64,000 bases of DNA from a virus (lineage: Duplodnaviria > Heunggongvirae > Uroviricota > Caudoviricetes), in IMG/VR virus record IMGVR_UViG_3300043449_002776; one strand, written 5' to 3'. This document shows positions 30,417 to 37,385 of this stretch, piece after piece. Made by a program: the position numbers and the translations under genes. The notes beneath the pieces were generated by a model. That model searched no databases. It was given only the letters and a program-made list of their open reading frames with translations, and was not told the DNA's origin. How positions within the stretch are numbered: position 1 is the stretch's first letter; every line of letters starts with the position of its first letter.

Positions 30417-30445
30417 GTTGACTTTGGTGAACCCTTACTGTATTA
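30417..30445 (+). promoter_or_regulatory. sigma-70-like promoter (TTGACT-17-TATTAT) driving main tRNA array
   Basis: Exact consensus-like hexamers, 17-nt spacer, A/T-rich UP region. Confidence 0.6.
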
Positions 30446-30566
30446 TTGTGTCTCAGTCATGGGACTGGCTCGACATCGAAACTTTTGACCTTTGAAAAAT
30501 TTTTCAGAATCGCCTGAACTTTTTTTGAGGTCTAGTGTCTAGATAAGAGCACGACACAATTAACGT

Positions 30567-30641
30567 AGCGGGGTAGAGCAGTCCGGTTAGCTCGCATGGC
30601 TCATAACCATGAGGTCGAAGGTTCGAATCCTTCCTCCGCCA
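30567..30641 (+). tRNA. tRNA-Met (CAT)
   Basis: Cloverleaf by eye; anticodon loop CTCATAA; T-arm GAAGG TTCGAAT CCTTC. Confidence 0.8.
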
Positions 30642-30869
30642 CTGCAAGACAACTTGCGAAACAAGGAATTTAGAATGCTTCATTCAACAACAACACAAAC
30701 ACAAAGATGCTGGCAAGGTCAAGAGACCGAACGCCGATGCTCCGTACATGCGTGCCCCATTAAGGGCATGGATAATGGAGCCAATCCAGCATCCAAGCTG
30801 TTCTGAGTTTAAGTTGAAGACTCAGGGCGGCGAAAACCACCTGAGTCCAGCCAAGCATAACGCACTAAA

Positions 30870-30911
30870 GGCTCGATCAGGTGGGAAACCTCGCCTGATC
30901 GAGCCTTTTTT
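30870..30911 (+). terminator. rho-independent terminator
   Basis: GGCTCGATCAGG ... CCTGATCGAGCC TTTTTT. Confidence 0.75.
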
Positions 30912-30927
30912 CGTTGATACACATAAC

Positions 30928-31000
30928 GGCCCATTCGTCTAATGGTTTAGGACAACAGACTTTCGATCTGTAAATAGGGGTTCGATTCCCCTATGGGTCA
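30928..31000 (+). tRNA. tRNA-Glu (TTC)
   Basis: Acceptor GGCCCAT/ATGGGTC, anticodon stem ACAGA/TCTGT loop CTTTCGA. Confidence 0.8.
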
Positions 31001-31064
31001 CTTGATAGTTGCTGATTATAAGGCAGCTAAGATCTTTGACAATTTGGTAGAATTTGCCACAAGT

Positions 31065-31135
31065 GCTCCTGTCGTTCAATGGCAGGATGCCAATCCTTGT
31101 GATTGGCGATCAAGGTTCGATTCCTTGCTGGAGCA
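31065..31135 (+). tRNA. tRNA-Gln (TTG) (unusual C33)
   Basis: Anticodon stem CCAAT/ATTGG loop CCTTGTG; T-arm CAAGG TTCGATT CCTTG. Confidence 0.6.
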
Positions 31136-31145
31136 TTATGTTTAA

Positions 31146-31218
31146 GACTCCTTGGCATGTCTGGGATTGCAGCAAGCTGTTAACTTGCACTAGCTCGGTT
31201 CGATTCCGAGAGGGGTCT
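31146..31218 (+). tRNA. tRNA-Asn (GTT)
   Basis: Anticodon stem GCAAG/CTTGC loop CTGTTAA. Confidence 0.8.
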
Positions 31219-31223
31219 CTTGT

Positions 31224-31296
31224 GGGTACGAGGAGCAAATGGTAGCTCACCAGCTTGTCACGCTGGAGGTTGCGGGTTCGATTCCCGTGGTACTCG
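31224..31296 (+). tRNA. tRNA-Asp (GTC)
   Basis: Anticodon stem CCAGC/GCTGG loop TTGTCAC; T-arm GCGGG TTCGATT CCCGT. Confidence 0.8.
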
Positions 31297-31355
31297 CCTC
31301 ACGCCACTTCTTGCGAAGTGGGCGGCTTGGTCGGAAATCAAGCCGCATGTGTTAT

Positions 31356-31430
31356 CAGGGTGTAGCTCAGCTTGGCTAGAGCGTCTGGTTTGGGACCAGA
31401 AGGCCGCAGGTTCGAATCCTGTCACCCTGA
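31356..31430 (+). tRNA. tRNA-Pro (TGG)
   Basis: Perfect acceptor CAGGGTG/CACCCTG; loop TTTGGGA. Confidence 0.8.
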
Positions 31431-31437
31431 CTAATAC

Positions 31438-31509
31438 GGGCCGTTGATGATAACGGGAGCATATCTGGCTTGCAACCAGAAAGAAGGGGTTCGATTCCCC
31501 TACGGTCCA
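31438..31509 (+). tRNA. tRNA-Ala (TGC)
   Basis: Acceptor GGGCCGT/ACGGTCC; anticodon stem TCTGG/CCAGA loop CTTGCAA; D-arm atypical. Confidence 0.65.
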
Positions 31510-31541
31510 CTGCATAAAGTTCATTTTGAAAGGATTTAATC

Positions 31542-31931
31542 ATGCCAAGAATAAAGTTAATCAAAGTTCATGATGTTAAAACATCTTGTGATTATTGCGA
31601 TCATTATGTCAAAGACATAGTCGTAGATGAAATGTCGCCTTGGCAAGAAGTGACAGAGGAAGAACTTACTTGGCTACGATGCTGGCAAGCTCGTAGGGAG
31701 ATGGCTAAGAAAAATGTAGCGATTGTGATTTTGGAAGAAATTACAAGCGAAGAAACTGTTGATGGCTTCATCAGTGACATCAAAAAATTTGTCAAAGATG
31801 AAGAGATCAAGCAAAAGGAACGTGACAAGAAATATGCAGAAGCCGAAAAGAAAAGGAAGCTTTTGGCTGAGCAAAAGAAAATTGAACGGGCCAAAAAGGT
31901 TCTACAAAAAAGTGGAATTAAAGTTGATTGA
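31542..31931 (+). CDS. hypothetical protein embedded in tRNA array
   Basis: 129-aa ORF, Lys/Glu-rich C-terminus. Confidence 0.5.
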   Translation: MPRIKLIKVHDVKTSCDYCDHYVKDIVVDEMSPWQEVTEEELTWLRCWQARREMAKKNVAIVILEEITSEETVDGFISDIKKFVKDEEIKQKERDKKYAEAEKKRKLLAEQKKIERAKKVLQKSGIKVD

Positions 31932-31935
31932 TCGA

Positions 31936-32006
31936 AGGTGCGTGATGTAACGGTAGCATGGTGATCTCCAAAGTCATTCGTGCGGGTTCAAATCCTGCCG
32001 CACCTG
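31936..32006 (+). tRNA. tRNA-Trp (CCA)
   Basis: Acceptor AGGTGCG/CGCACCT; loop CTCCAAA. Confidence 0.75.
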
Positions 32007-32011
32007 TTTAT

Positions 32012-32082
32012 GCTCGATTGGTGAAATGGTATCGCATCTCGTTTACACCGAGAAGTCGAAAGTTCGATTCTTTCATCGAGTA
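32012..32082 (+). tRNA. tRNA-Val (TAC)
   Basis: Acceptor GCTCGAT/ATCGAGT; anticodon stem TCTCG/CGAGA loop TTTACAC. Confidence 0.75.
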
Positions 32083-32120
32083 CTTGCCGAAATGCTAGAA
32101 GGGATTACATCTTTTCCGCC

Positions 32121-32197
32121 AAACTTGGGAAAGTGGTGTAGTTGATGCACACCGTCTGCATAAGACGGAGGGATGGGTTTGACTCCCATAAACTTGT
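32121..32197 (+). tRNA. tRNA-like element (Met CAT-type anticodon arm) without pairing acceptor stem; flanked by AAACTTG direct repeat; preceded by conserved 22-nt motif
   Basis: D-arm GTGT..GCAC, anticodon stem CCGTC/GACGG loop TGCATAA, T-arm ATGGG TTTGACT CCCAT, but 5' GGGAAAG cannot pair with 3' AAACTTG. Confidence 0.3.
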
Positions 32198-32226
32198 TCT
32201 CTTCGCCTTTTGTTCGGCAAATTATG

Positions 32227-32298
32227 GTGTCCATAGTGTAGTGGCTCGCACGTCTGCTTGTGAGGCAGAAAGTACCGGTTCAATCCCGGTTGGACACC
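32227..32298 (+). tRNA. tRNA-His (GTG) with encoded G-1
   Basis: G-1 plus acceptor GTGTCCA/TGGACAC with C73; loop TTGTGAG. Confidence 0.8.
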
Positions 32299-32375
32299 CT
32301 TGAGAGAATGCTAGTTGGGATTACATCTTTTTGGTAGAAAAACATCTCAACAATTTTTTTGTCTCTCATTTTTAT

Positions 32376-32492
32376 GGTGGCTGTGATGTAATGGGCCTCT
32401 TAAGTCAAAGTGCGTAGCTTTGTCGGTAAGTTGGACGGAAAGCATCAGATACTGTGACTATCTGAGTGTAGGTTCGAATCCTACCAGCCTCC
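32376..32492 (+). tRNA. second tRNA-His (GTG)-like gene interrupted by about 45-nt insertion within the D-loop
   Basis: G-1 + acceptor GTGGCTG / CAGCCTC + C73; D-stem ATG...CAT separated by insertion; anticodon stem AGATA/TATCT loop CTGTGAC; T-arm GTAGG TTCGAAT CCTAC. Confidence 0.4.
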
Positions 32493-32588
32493 CTTTAGGA
32501 ATTTTAGTCTCTAGCAGGAATTGAAATGTGTGCTTTTGTTAATAGTCGCACTCGTATATACAGGAAACTGTAAAGGTGTGAGCATTGA

Positions 32589-33203
32589 ATGATAAACATA
32601 TTTCAACATATTCCCAGAACTGGTGGCACAACCTTAATTTCAATCTTTAAGAACTTCTATTCTGAAGAGGAAGTATTTCTGTATTACGGTTATAGGATGA
32701 CTGATCTTTACTATTTGCCCACAAATCCTAAAATGATTTATGGACATCTTCCTTTTGGGATTCATAAAATTCTTGATGATGATTTTTTGTATATTGCCAT
32801 GTTGCGAAATCCTATCGAACGAGTTCAATCACTCTACAGATTTGTGCTTGCAAGAGAAGGTGAAATTAAATTTGATGGTTTTTTACGGTCTTATGACCAA
32901 AATGATGTGGTGAAAGCTTTTGTCTATAAGCCACATACAAAGCAACCTTCAGATTGGTTGGATGAAGCTAAAGAAAACATTGCAAAACATTACTTATTAG
33001 GATTTACAGAGAATTACGATGCTTTTTTGGAAGAACTGTCTTTGAAATTTGGGTGGCCTTCAATTCCTTATGAGCAAAAAAATGCAAGCGATAAAACTTA
33101 CGTTTTTTCAAAAGAGGAAGTTGATGCGATCATTGATAGCAATCATTTGGACATGCAGTTATACAGTTGGGCAAGACAAAAATTCTTGAATAAGAATTTG
33201 TAA
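32589..33203 (+). CDS. carbohydrate sulfotransferase-like protein
   Basis: 5'-PSB-like IPRTGGTT and 3'-PB-like LRNPIERVQSLY motifs. Confidence 0.55.
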   Translation: MINIFQHIPRTGGTTLISIFKNFYSEEEVFLYYGYRMTDLYYLPTNPKMIYGHLPFGIHKILDDDFLYIAMLRNPIERVQSLYRFVLAREGEIKFDGFLRSYDQNDVVKAFVYKPHTKQPSDWLDEAKENIAKHYLLGFTENYDAFLEELSLKFGWPSIPYEQKNASDKTYVFSKEEVDAIIDSNHLDMQLYSWARQKFLNKNL

Positions 33204-33217
33204 AATACAAGAGTTTT

Positions 33218-33291
33218 CGGGGTGTGGGCTAAAGGTGAGCCGCCTGCTTTGGGAGCAGGACATCGAGTGAGTTCGATTCTCACCACCCCGA
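33218..33291 (+). tRNA. tRNA-Pro (TGG), second copy
   Basis: Acceptor CGGGGTG/CACCCCG, D-stem GGCT/AGCC, anticodon CCTGC TTTGGGA GCAGG. Confidence 0.7.
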
Positions 33292-33295
33292 CTTT

Positions 33296-33379
33296 GCATT
33301 AGATGTGACCGTAATGAGCAATGGTAGCGAGTCCCGTAAGGGTAGGTACATGTGGGTTCGAGTCCCATCATCTAATGCA
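33296..33379 (+). tRNA. tRNA-like gene (84 nt), isotype undetermined; unusual 10-bp terminal helix
   Basis: GCATTAGATG pairs perfectly with CATCTAATGC; T-arm GTGGG TTCGAGT CCCAT; internal CCC GTAA GGG hairpin; no clear anticodon arm by eye. Confidence 0.35.
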
Positions 33380-33402
33380 ACAAAATTTTGGAGAGGTGGA
33401 TC

Positions 33403-33633
33403 ATGAAAGAAAAGAAGAACAAGGCATTTCTTGAATATCAGGGCAGAAGTTTTTCTGTTTGGCAAGATGAAAAAGATTACTGGTGGTACTCTTTGGGAGC
33501 ATTGTCTGATATCAATACTCAAAACAAAGAGTTGCAGACAGCACTGAATATTGCTCATGAGAGCATTCGTGACAGTATGCCTCGAAAGAAATCTAATCAG
33601 CCACCAAAGAATTCAAAAAATTGGCCGAGGTAA
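33403..33633 (+). CDS. hypothetical protein
   Basis: GGAGAGGTGG RBS before ATG 33403. Confidence 0.4.
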   Translation: MKEKKNKAFLEYQGRSFSVWQDEKDYWWYSLGALSDINTQNKELQTALNIAHESIRDSMPRKKSNQPPKNSKNWPR

Positions 33634-33637
33634 TTAT

Positions 33638-33709
33638 TGCCCTGTAGTGTAGTTGGTAGCACAAAACACTTTGGATGTTTTAGTTTAGGTTCGAACCCTA
33701 ACAGGGTAG
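33638..33709 (+). tRNA. tRNA-Gln (TTG), second copy
   Basis: Acceptor TGCCCTG/CAGGGTA, D-stem GTGT/GCAC, anticodon AAACA CTTTGGA TGTTT, T-arm TTAGG TTCGAAC CCTAA. Confidence 0.65.
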
Positions 33710-33784
33710 TTTTGTTAATTGCGAGCCGTAGCAGATGGGTTTTGGAAAGCCTTTTTAAATTTGAACCATAGTTTTTGGTCTTAA

Positions 33785-33856
33785 GGTTAGTGTAGGCGGG
33801 TTGCCTGATTGATTCTGATAAGGTCAAGATGTTGAGTTCGAGTCTCAAACTAACCA
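33785..33856 (+). tRNA. tRNA-Ile (GAT)
   Basis: Acceptor GGTTAGT/ACTAACC; anticodon stem TGATT/GGTCA loop CTGATAA; T-arm TTGAG TTCGAGT CTCAA. Confidence 0.65.
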
Positions 33857-33954
33857 TTCTTTTTATGTCTTATTCAAAAGTAAAAAATTGGCGACAAAAT
33901 ACAAAAAACTTTTAGTTGAATCTTTAGGCGGAAAATGCAATAGATAAGGATTAC

Positions 33955-34001
33955 ATCTTTTCATCAAAGAGAGGCCGTGGGTTCGAATCCCACCCCCACA
34001 A
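33955..34001 (+). tRNA. 5'-truncated tRNA-Met(CAT)-type 3' portion (pseudogene or split gene) immediately after conserved motif
   Basis: ATCTT TTCATCA AAGAG + V + GTGGG TTCGAAT CCCAC + CCCCACA; no matching 5' acceptor strand within 100 nt upstream. Confidence 0.3.
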
Positions 34002-34058
34002 CTCAGTAAATTTGATATAGTGTTCGAATTCCAGTAAGATAAGTTGAGGAGCAAAGAC

Positions 34059-34430
34059 ATGCCTTTTTACTCAGAGAAACGTGTAAAGTTGCCGCCCGAT
34101 TTTAAAGTCGGCTCCAAAATTTATATTATTGGCGAGGGCTCTGAAGTTTTTGTTGTGCAAAGAATTGTTCGAAACTCTAAAGGAAATGTTGTAAGTGTTG
34201 AACATGATGGCGGCTTTAGAGAGCCCCTAAGTAAACTTTGCTTGATTCGATCAGAGCAAGGTTTTGAAAGTATGTTTGATAAAAATAATTTTATTCAAAC
34301 AGAAATTGGCGAGTGTGATATTTGTAAAGTTGTCTTTCCTGACAGTTGCGAATATTTTGCTGACAAACCTAACAGCATGATTTGTAAGTCTTGCTACAAG
34401 GGTAAAAGTGGTGTGAAAATTTTGATTTGA
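34059..34430 (+). CDS. hypothetical protein with C-terminal Cys-rich zinc-ribbon-like motif
   Basis: GAGGAG RBS before ATG 34059; CDICK...CKSCYKGK. Confidence 0.5.
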   Translation: MPFYSEKRVKLPPDFKVGSKIYIIGEGSEVFVVQRIVRNSKGNVVSVEHDGGFREPLSKLCLIRSEQGFESMFDKNNFIQTEIGECDICKVVFPDSCEYFADKPNSMICKSCYKGKSGVKILI

Positions 34431-34436
34431 CTTTAT

Positions 34437-34541
34437 GCGGAAGATGCTCATGGGAGCTTTTCTCTTTCACTTTTTGTTTCTTAAGCACTTAAGAAAATGC
34501 AGATTGGGATTACATCGTTGGTTCGATTCCAATCTTCCGCT
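34437..34541 (+). tRNA. tRNA-like gene with about 60-nt insertion containing the conserved motif in place of the anticodon arm
   Basis: Acceptor GCGGAAG ... CTTCCGC pair perfectly; D-stem GCTC/GAGC; T-arm GTTGG TTCGATT CCAAT directly follows GGGATTACATC. Confidence 0.35.
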
Positions 34542-34658
34542 CTATGGTAAGCCTTATTCCAATTGAGGGTCAAAGTTCTAGTTGCCTAATCAGCAATGAT
34601 GATGAATAAGTAGCTCAATGAGATGACTCAAGGCCAGCGGGTGATTCCGCTGAATTTT

Positions 34659-34738
34659 GCTAGTGTGGCTCAGTGGCGACAGCACCGCTCTTGTAAAGCG
34701 GAATACAAACACCGTGGGTTCGAGTCCCACCACTAGCT
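34659..34738 (+). tRNA. tRNA-Thr (TGT), 80 nt with extended variable region
   Basis: Perfect acceptor GCTAGTG/CACTAGC; anticodon CCGCT CTTGTAA AGCGG; 12-nt variable region. Confidence 0.65.
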
Positions 34739-34745
34739 CTTTTAT

Positions 34746-34818
34746 GGCGGCATAGCATAGTGGCTAATGCGTTTGTTTCATAAGCAAAAGATCGTCGGTT
34801 CGAGTCCGACTGCCGCTA
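34746..34818 (+). tRNA. tRNA-Met/Ile2 (CAT), second CAT tRNA
   Basis: Acceptor GGCGGCA/TGCCGCT, D-stem GCAT/ATGC, anticodon TTTGT TTCATAA GCAAA. Confidence 0.7.
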
Positions 34819-34825
34819 CTTACTT

Positions 34826-34897
34826 GTCCTCTCCTGCGGATCTCAGGCTCTGTCTCTACGAAAGACGGTTGCAGAAGTTCGACTCTTCTAGGGGGCA
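34826..34897 (+). tRNA. tRNA-Arg (ACG)
   Basis: Acceptor GTCCTCT/AGGGGGC (with G-U), anticodon TGTCT CTACGAA AGACG, T-arm AGAAG TTCGACT CTTCT. Confidence 0.65.
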
Positions 34898-34904
34898 CTT
34901 TTAA

Positions 34905-34975
34905 GCAGGTGTCGTATAATGGTATTACCCCAGTTTTCCAAACTGGCGAAGAGGGTTCGATTCCCTCTACCTGCT
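34905..34975 (+). tRNA. tRNA-Gly (TCC)
   Basis: Acceptor GCAGGTG/TACCTGC; anticodon CCAGT TTTCCAA ACTGG. Confidence 0.75.
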
Positions 34976-34976
34976 C

Positions 34977-35107
34977 TTCGACGTAGCTCAGTGGTAGAGC
35001 ACCTAAAAATAGTCTTTTCACTACTTGTCTGCGAATTAGCAGAATGATAGAAAGGATTACATCGCATTCGGAGCGGGTGGTCGTTGGTTCGAATCCAACC
35101 GTCGATA
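34977..35107 (+). tRNA. tRNA-Arg (TCG) interrupted by a conserved 59-nt insertion between position 26 and the anticodon stem
   Basis: 5' part TTCGACG TA GCTC AGTGGTA GAGC A; insertion 35002-35060 ending in GAATGATAGAAAGGATTAC; 3' part ATCGC ATTCGGA GCGGG + V + GTTGG TTCGAAT CCAAC + CGTCGAT; removing insertion gives a 72-nt cloverleaf. Confidence 0.45.
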
Positions 35108-35153
35108 TTACAGTTTTGTCAGAAGCGGGTTCTGTTTAAAAACCCATTGAACA

Positions 35154-35283
35154 CTCGGCGTAGCTTAATGGCTAAAGCACTAAAAATAGTCTTTTCAATC
35201 TTTGTCTGCGAATTTGCAGAATGTCAGAAAGGATTACATCACCTGTTAAGTGAGGGATGTTGGTTCGAATCCAGCCGCCGAGG
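35154..35283 (+). tRNA. tRNA-Asn (GTT) interrupted by the same conserved 58-nt insertion at position 26/27
   Basis: Perfect 7-bp acceptor CTCGGCG/CGCCGAG; insertion 35180-35237 about 90% identical to that in 34977-35107; anticodon arm ATCAC CTGTTAA GTGAG follows motif. Confidence 0.45.
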
Positions 35284-35461
35284 CATAATTCAACGGGATT
35301 ACATCTCGGTATGAACGAGAACTCCTTCACAGGTCGTAGGGGAGTTTTGAGTCGCCATTGACACGACGACGGTGGATATGGTTGTGCCTGTTTATGGCAT
35401 ACTCAAAAGTAGGTGCAAGCGTAGGCATACGTTCTAATCCTGCTAGTTTCGTTGAATTTAT

Positions 35462-35548
35462 TCTAGGGTAGCCGAGTTGGTAGCAGGCACCTGACTGTTA
35501 ATCAGGAGTGGTTTATCCCCGTCGCAAGTTCGAGTCTTGCCCCTAGAG
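35462..35548 (+). tRNA. tRNA with GTT anticodon and unusually long (17-nt) variable region
   Basis: Acceptor TCTAGGG/CCCTAGA, class-II-like D-arm GCC...GGC, anticodon CCTGA CTGTTAA TCAGG, T-arm GCAAG TTCGAGT CTTGC. Confidence 0.45.
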
Positions 35549-35583
35549 CTAAATTTTGATTATTCATATCATTACATATTGGT

Positions 35584-36138
35584 ATGATTGAAGTCGTTCT
35601 TGCAAGATACAAAGAAGATATAAGTTGGGCAAAAAACCTTTCTGGTTGCAAATTGACTATTTACAACAAATTTGAAGGTCAGAACTTACTCCCTAATGTT
35701 GGTTATGAAGCTCACACTTATTTGCACCACATTGTTACAAATTATGATGATCTTGCAGAGATCACAGTTTTTTCACAAGCAAATCTTCATCCACATATTT
35801 CTGTTCCGTTTTTTCAATCTCAAATTCTGAAACTTGACAGTTTACATTTCAAACCATTTACTGGTTTGCTTTTTTGTCTTAAAGATGGGTCTCCACGTCA
35901 TATTGGCTTAAAAATCGAACAATTTTGGAACTGCCTTTTTGGAACGCCTTGTCCAGATTTTTTTAATTTTCATCCTAATGGGATTTTTTCTGTTCCTGCT
36001 GAAATTATTAGGAAGCATCCATTGACTTTGTATCAAAGAGCATTGGATATGACCAAAACTAAAGAAGATGCCTGCATCATGGAACGTCTGTGGAAGAATT
36101 TGTTCACGACACGACAAAGATGCATAAAAATCTTGTGA
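35584..36138 (+). CDS. hypothetical protein
   Basis: 184-aa ORF. Confidence 0.5.
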   Translation: MIEVVLARYKEDISWAKNLSGCKLTIYNKFEGQNLLPNVGYEAHTYLHHIVTNYDDLAEITVFSQANLHPHISVPFFQSQILKLDSLHFKPFTGLLFCLKDGSPRHIGLKIEQFWNCLFGTPCPDFFNFHPNGIFSVPAEIIRKHPLTLYQRALDMTKTKEDACIMERLWKNLFTTRQRCIKIL

Positions 36139-36207
36139 CAGGCATACTAGACTTTGGTTTTTATTTGCCTAAGATTTTGGAAATCAAATTTGGGCAAGGA
36201 GAGCTAG

Positions 36208-36819
36208 ATGAAAAACGCAAGATGGACTGAACAAGAAATCGAAAACTTGAAAAACGGCATTTTGCCTACTAACCGAACTCAAACCTCAATTATGGTTATG
36301 AAAAGAAGGTTGGGTTTAGTTTCCTTCAAGAAGCCTGTATGGACTTCTGAACACAAAGTGCAACTCAAGCAACTTTTGTCTGAGGGAAAGACAACTAAGC
36401 AGATTTCTGAGATTTTGCCTTACACGCAGAGAAGCATTCAAAAAGAGATTGTGAGGCAAAAGATTCCTCACAATAATATCGTTCGTTTTACCGAGCTTGA
36501 AAAGATTTTCTTTTGCAAGTTTCTGTCTGAAAATTTTGCCCAAAAAACAACACGGGAACTTGTTGATTTGTGGAACAGAGACAATAAACGTAAGGTTAAT
36601 GAGAAAAAGGTTGTTATTTATCTCAAGAAGTTGAATCTTAAAATCTCAAAGGCAGAAGTCATAAAGATGACTTGGTTGCGAAAAAGAGAGCAGGAATGGC
36701 TTCAGGAAAAAGATTTAGATTCAATACGGGCACGGAGAGTTCAAATTATGTCTGAGAGATATAAGAAGCAATTAGATCTCTGGACTGCTCTTCCTAGCCA
36801 TGAAATTGTTGTAGAATAA
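36208..36819 (+). CDS. hypothetical protein (basic, helix-rich)
   Basis: 203-aa ORF. Confidence 0.5.
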   Translation: MKNARWTEQEIENLKNGILPTNRTQTSIMVMKRRLGLVSFKKPVWTSEHKVQLKQLLSEGKTTKQISEILPYTQRSIQKEIVRQKIPHNNIVRFTELEKIFFCKFLSENFAQKTTRELVDLWNRDNKRKVNEKKVVIYLKKLNLKISKAEVIKMTWLRKREQEWLQEKDLDSIRARRVQIMSERYKKQLDLWTALPSHEIVVE

Positions 36820-36878
36820 AAAACGGTTGGTATTCGAAAATACCAACCGCTCCAAGTTGACGATTGTTTCAGCTTTAA

Positions 36879-37103
36879 TTAGCTAATGAATGGATAATCG
36901 GCAGGCGAAGTGACGATAACATCATCAAATGTTTGACCGTCCTTAACAATGCCAACCATCTTACGGTCGGAACCGTCTACAATCATAATTCCAAAGTACT
37001 CTCTTTGGAGTGAATTGCCGCTTGCGTCCTTAACAGTATCGAGTGAACCTTCTGAAGCGAGGTTAACCAATGCTGGTGACAGATCTACAGTAAAAGTAGC
37101 CAT
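36879..37103 (-). CDS. hypothetical small protein
   Basis: 74-aa ORF. Confidence 0.4.
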   Translation of the reverse strand: MATFTVDLSPALVNLASEGSLDTVKDASGNSLQREYFGIMIVDGSDRKMVGIVKDGQTFDDVIVTSPADYPFIS

Positions 37104-37213
37104 AATTGTCTCTCCTTTGCAAAGAATAGATGAATCAATTGATTCTTAATTATTTACACTTGCTAGGAAAATAATCACATTGAATGGTGTCTTATTAGAC
37201 ATAAAAAACTAAT

Positions 37214-37311
37214 AGGGATATGATGTAGTGGTAGCATTCTGAAAAGGGAGCACGGCATAAGCCGCAGTACCAATCGCTTGCAGAGCCTCAGTTCGATTCT
37301 GAGTATCCCTT
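37214..37311 (+). tRNA. tRNA-like gene with about 24-nt extra sequence between D-arm and T-arm (isotype undetermined)
   Basis: Perfect acceptor AGGGATA/TATCCCT; D-arm ATG TAGTGGTAG CAT; T-arm CTCAG TTCGATT CTGAG. Confidence 0.35.
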
Positions 37312-37314
37312 TCT

Positions 37315-37385
37315 TACCCGATGGTGTAACGGTAGCACAAGGGATTTTGGTTCCCTTTGTCTAGGTTCGAATCCTAGTCGGGTAG
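37315..37385 (+). tRNA. tRNA-Gln (TTG)-type, third TTG tRNA
   Basis: Acceptor TACCCGA/TCGGGTA; anticodon AGGGA TTTTGGT TCCCT; T-arm CTAGG TTCGAAT CCTAG. Confidence 0.6.

Noticed and set aside
30645-30870. Possible tmRNA downstream of tRNA-Met
   Set aside because: The segment is only about 225 nt, lacks a 5' tRNA-like acceptor half, a recognisable tag-peptide frame ending in Ala-Ala-stop, or a 3' CCA-proximal T-arm; kept only as a generic ncRNA candidate.
30609-31564. Small ORFs (30609-30806, 30748-30942, 31054-31245, 31220-31447, 31258-31524, 31376-31564) in the six-frame track
   Set aside because: They lie entirely within tRNA genes or structured spacers of the tRNA array; no RBS; almost certainly spurious.
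34977-35283. Canonical (position 37/38) intron model for the split Arg/Asn tRNAs
   Set aside because: No anticodon stem can be formed across the insertion with a 37/38 boundary; the only consistent cloverleaf places the insertion between nt 26 and 27.
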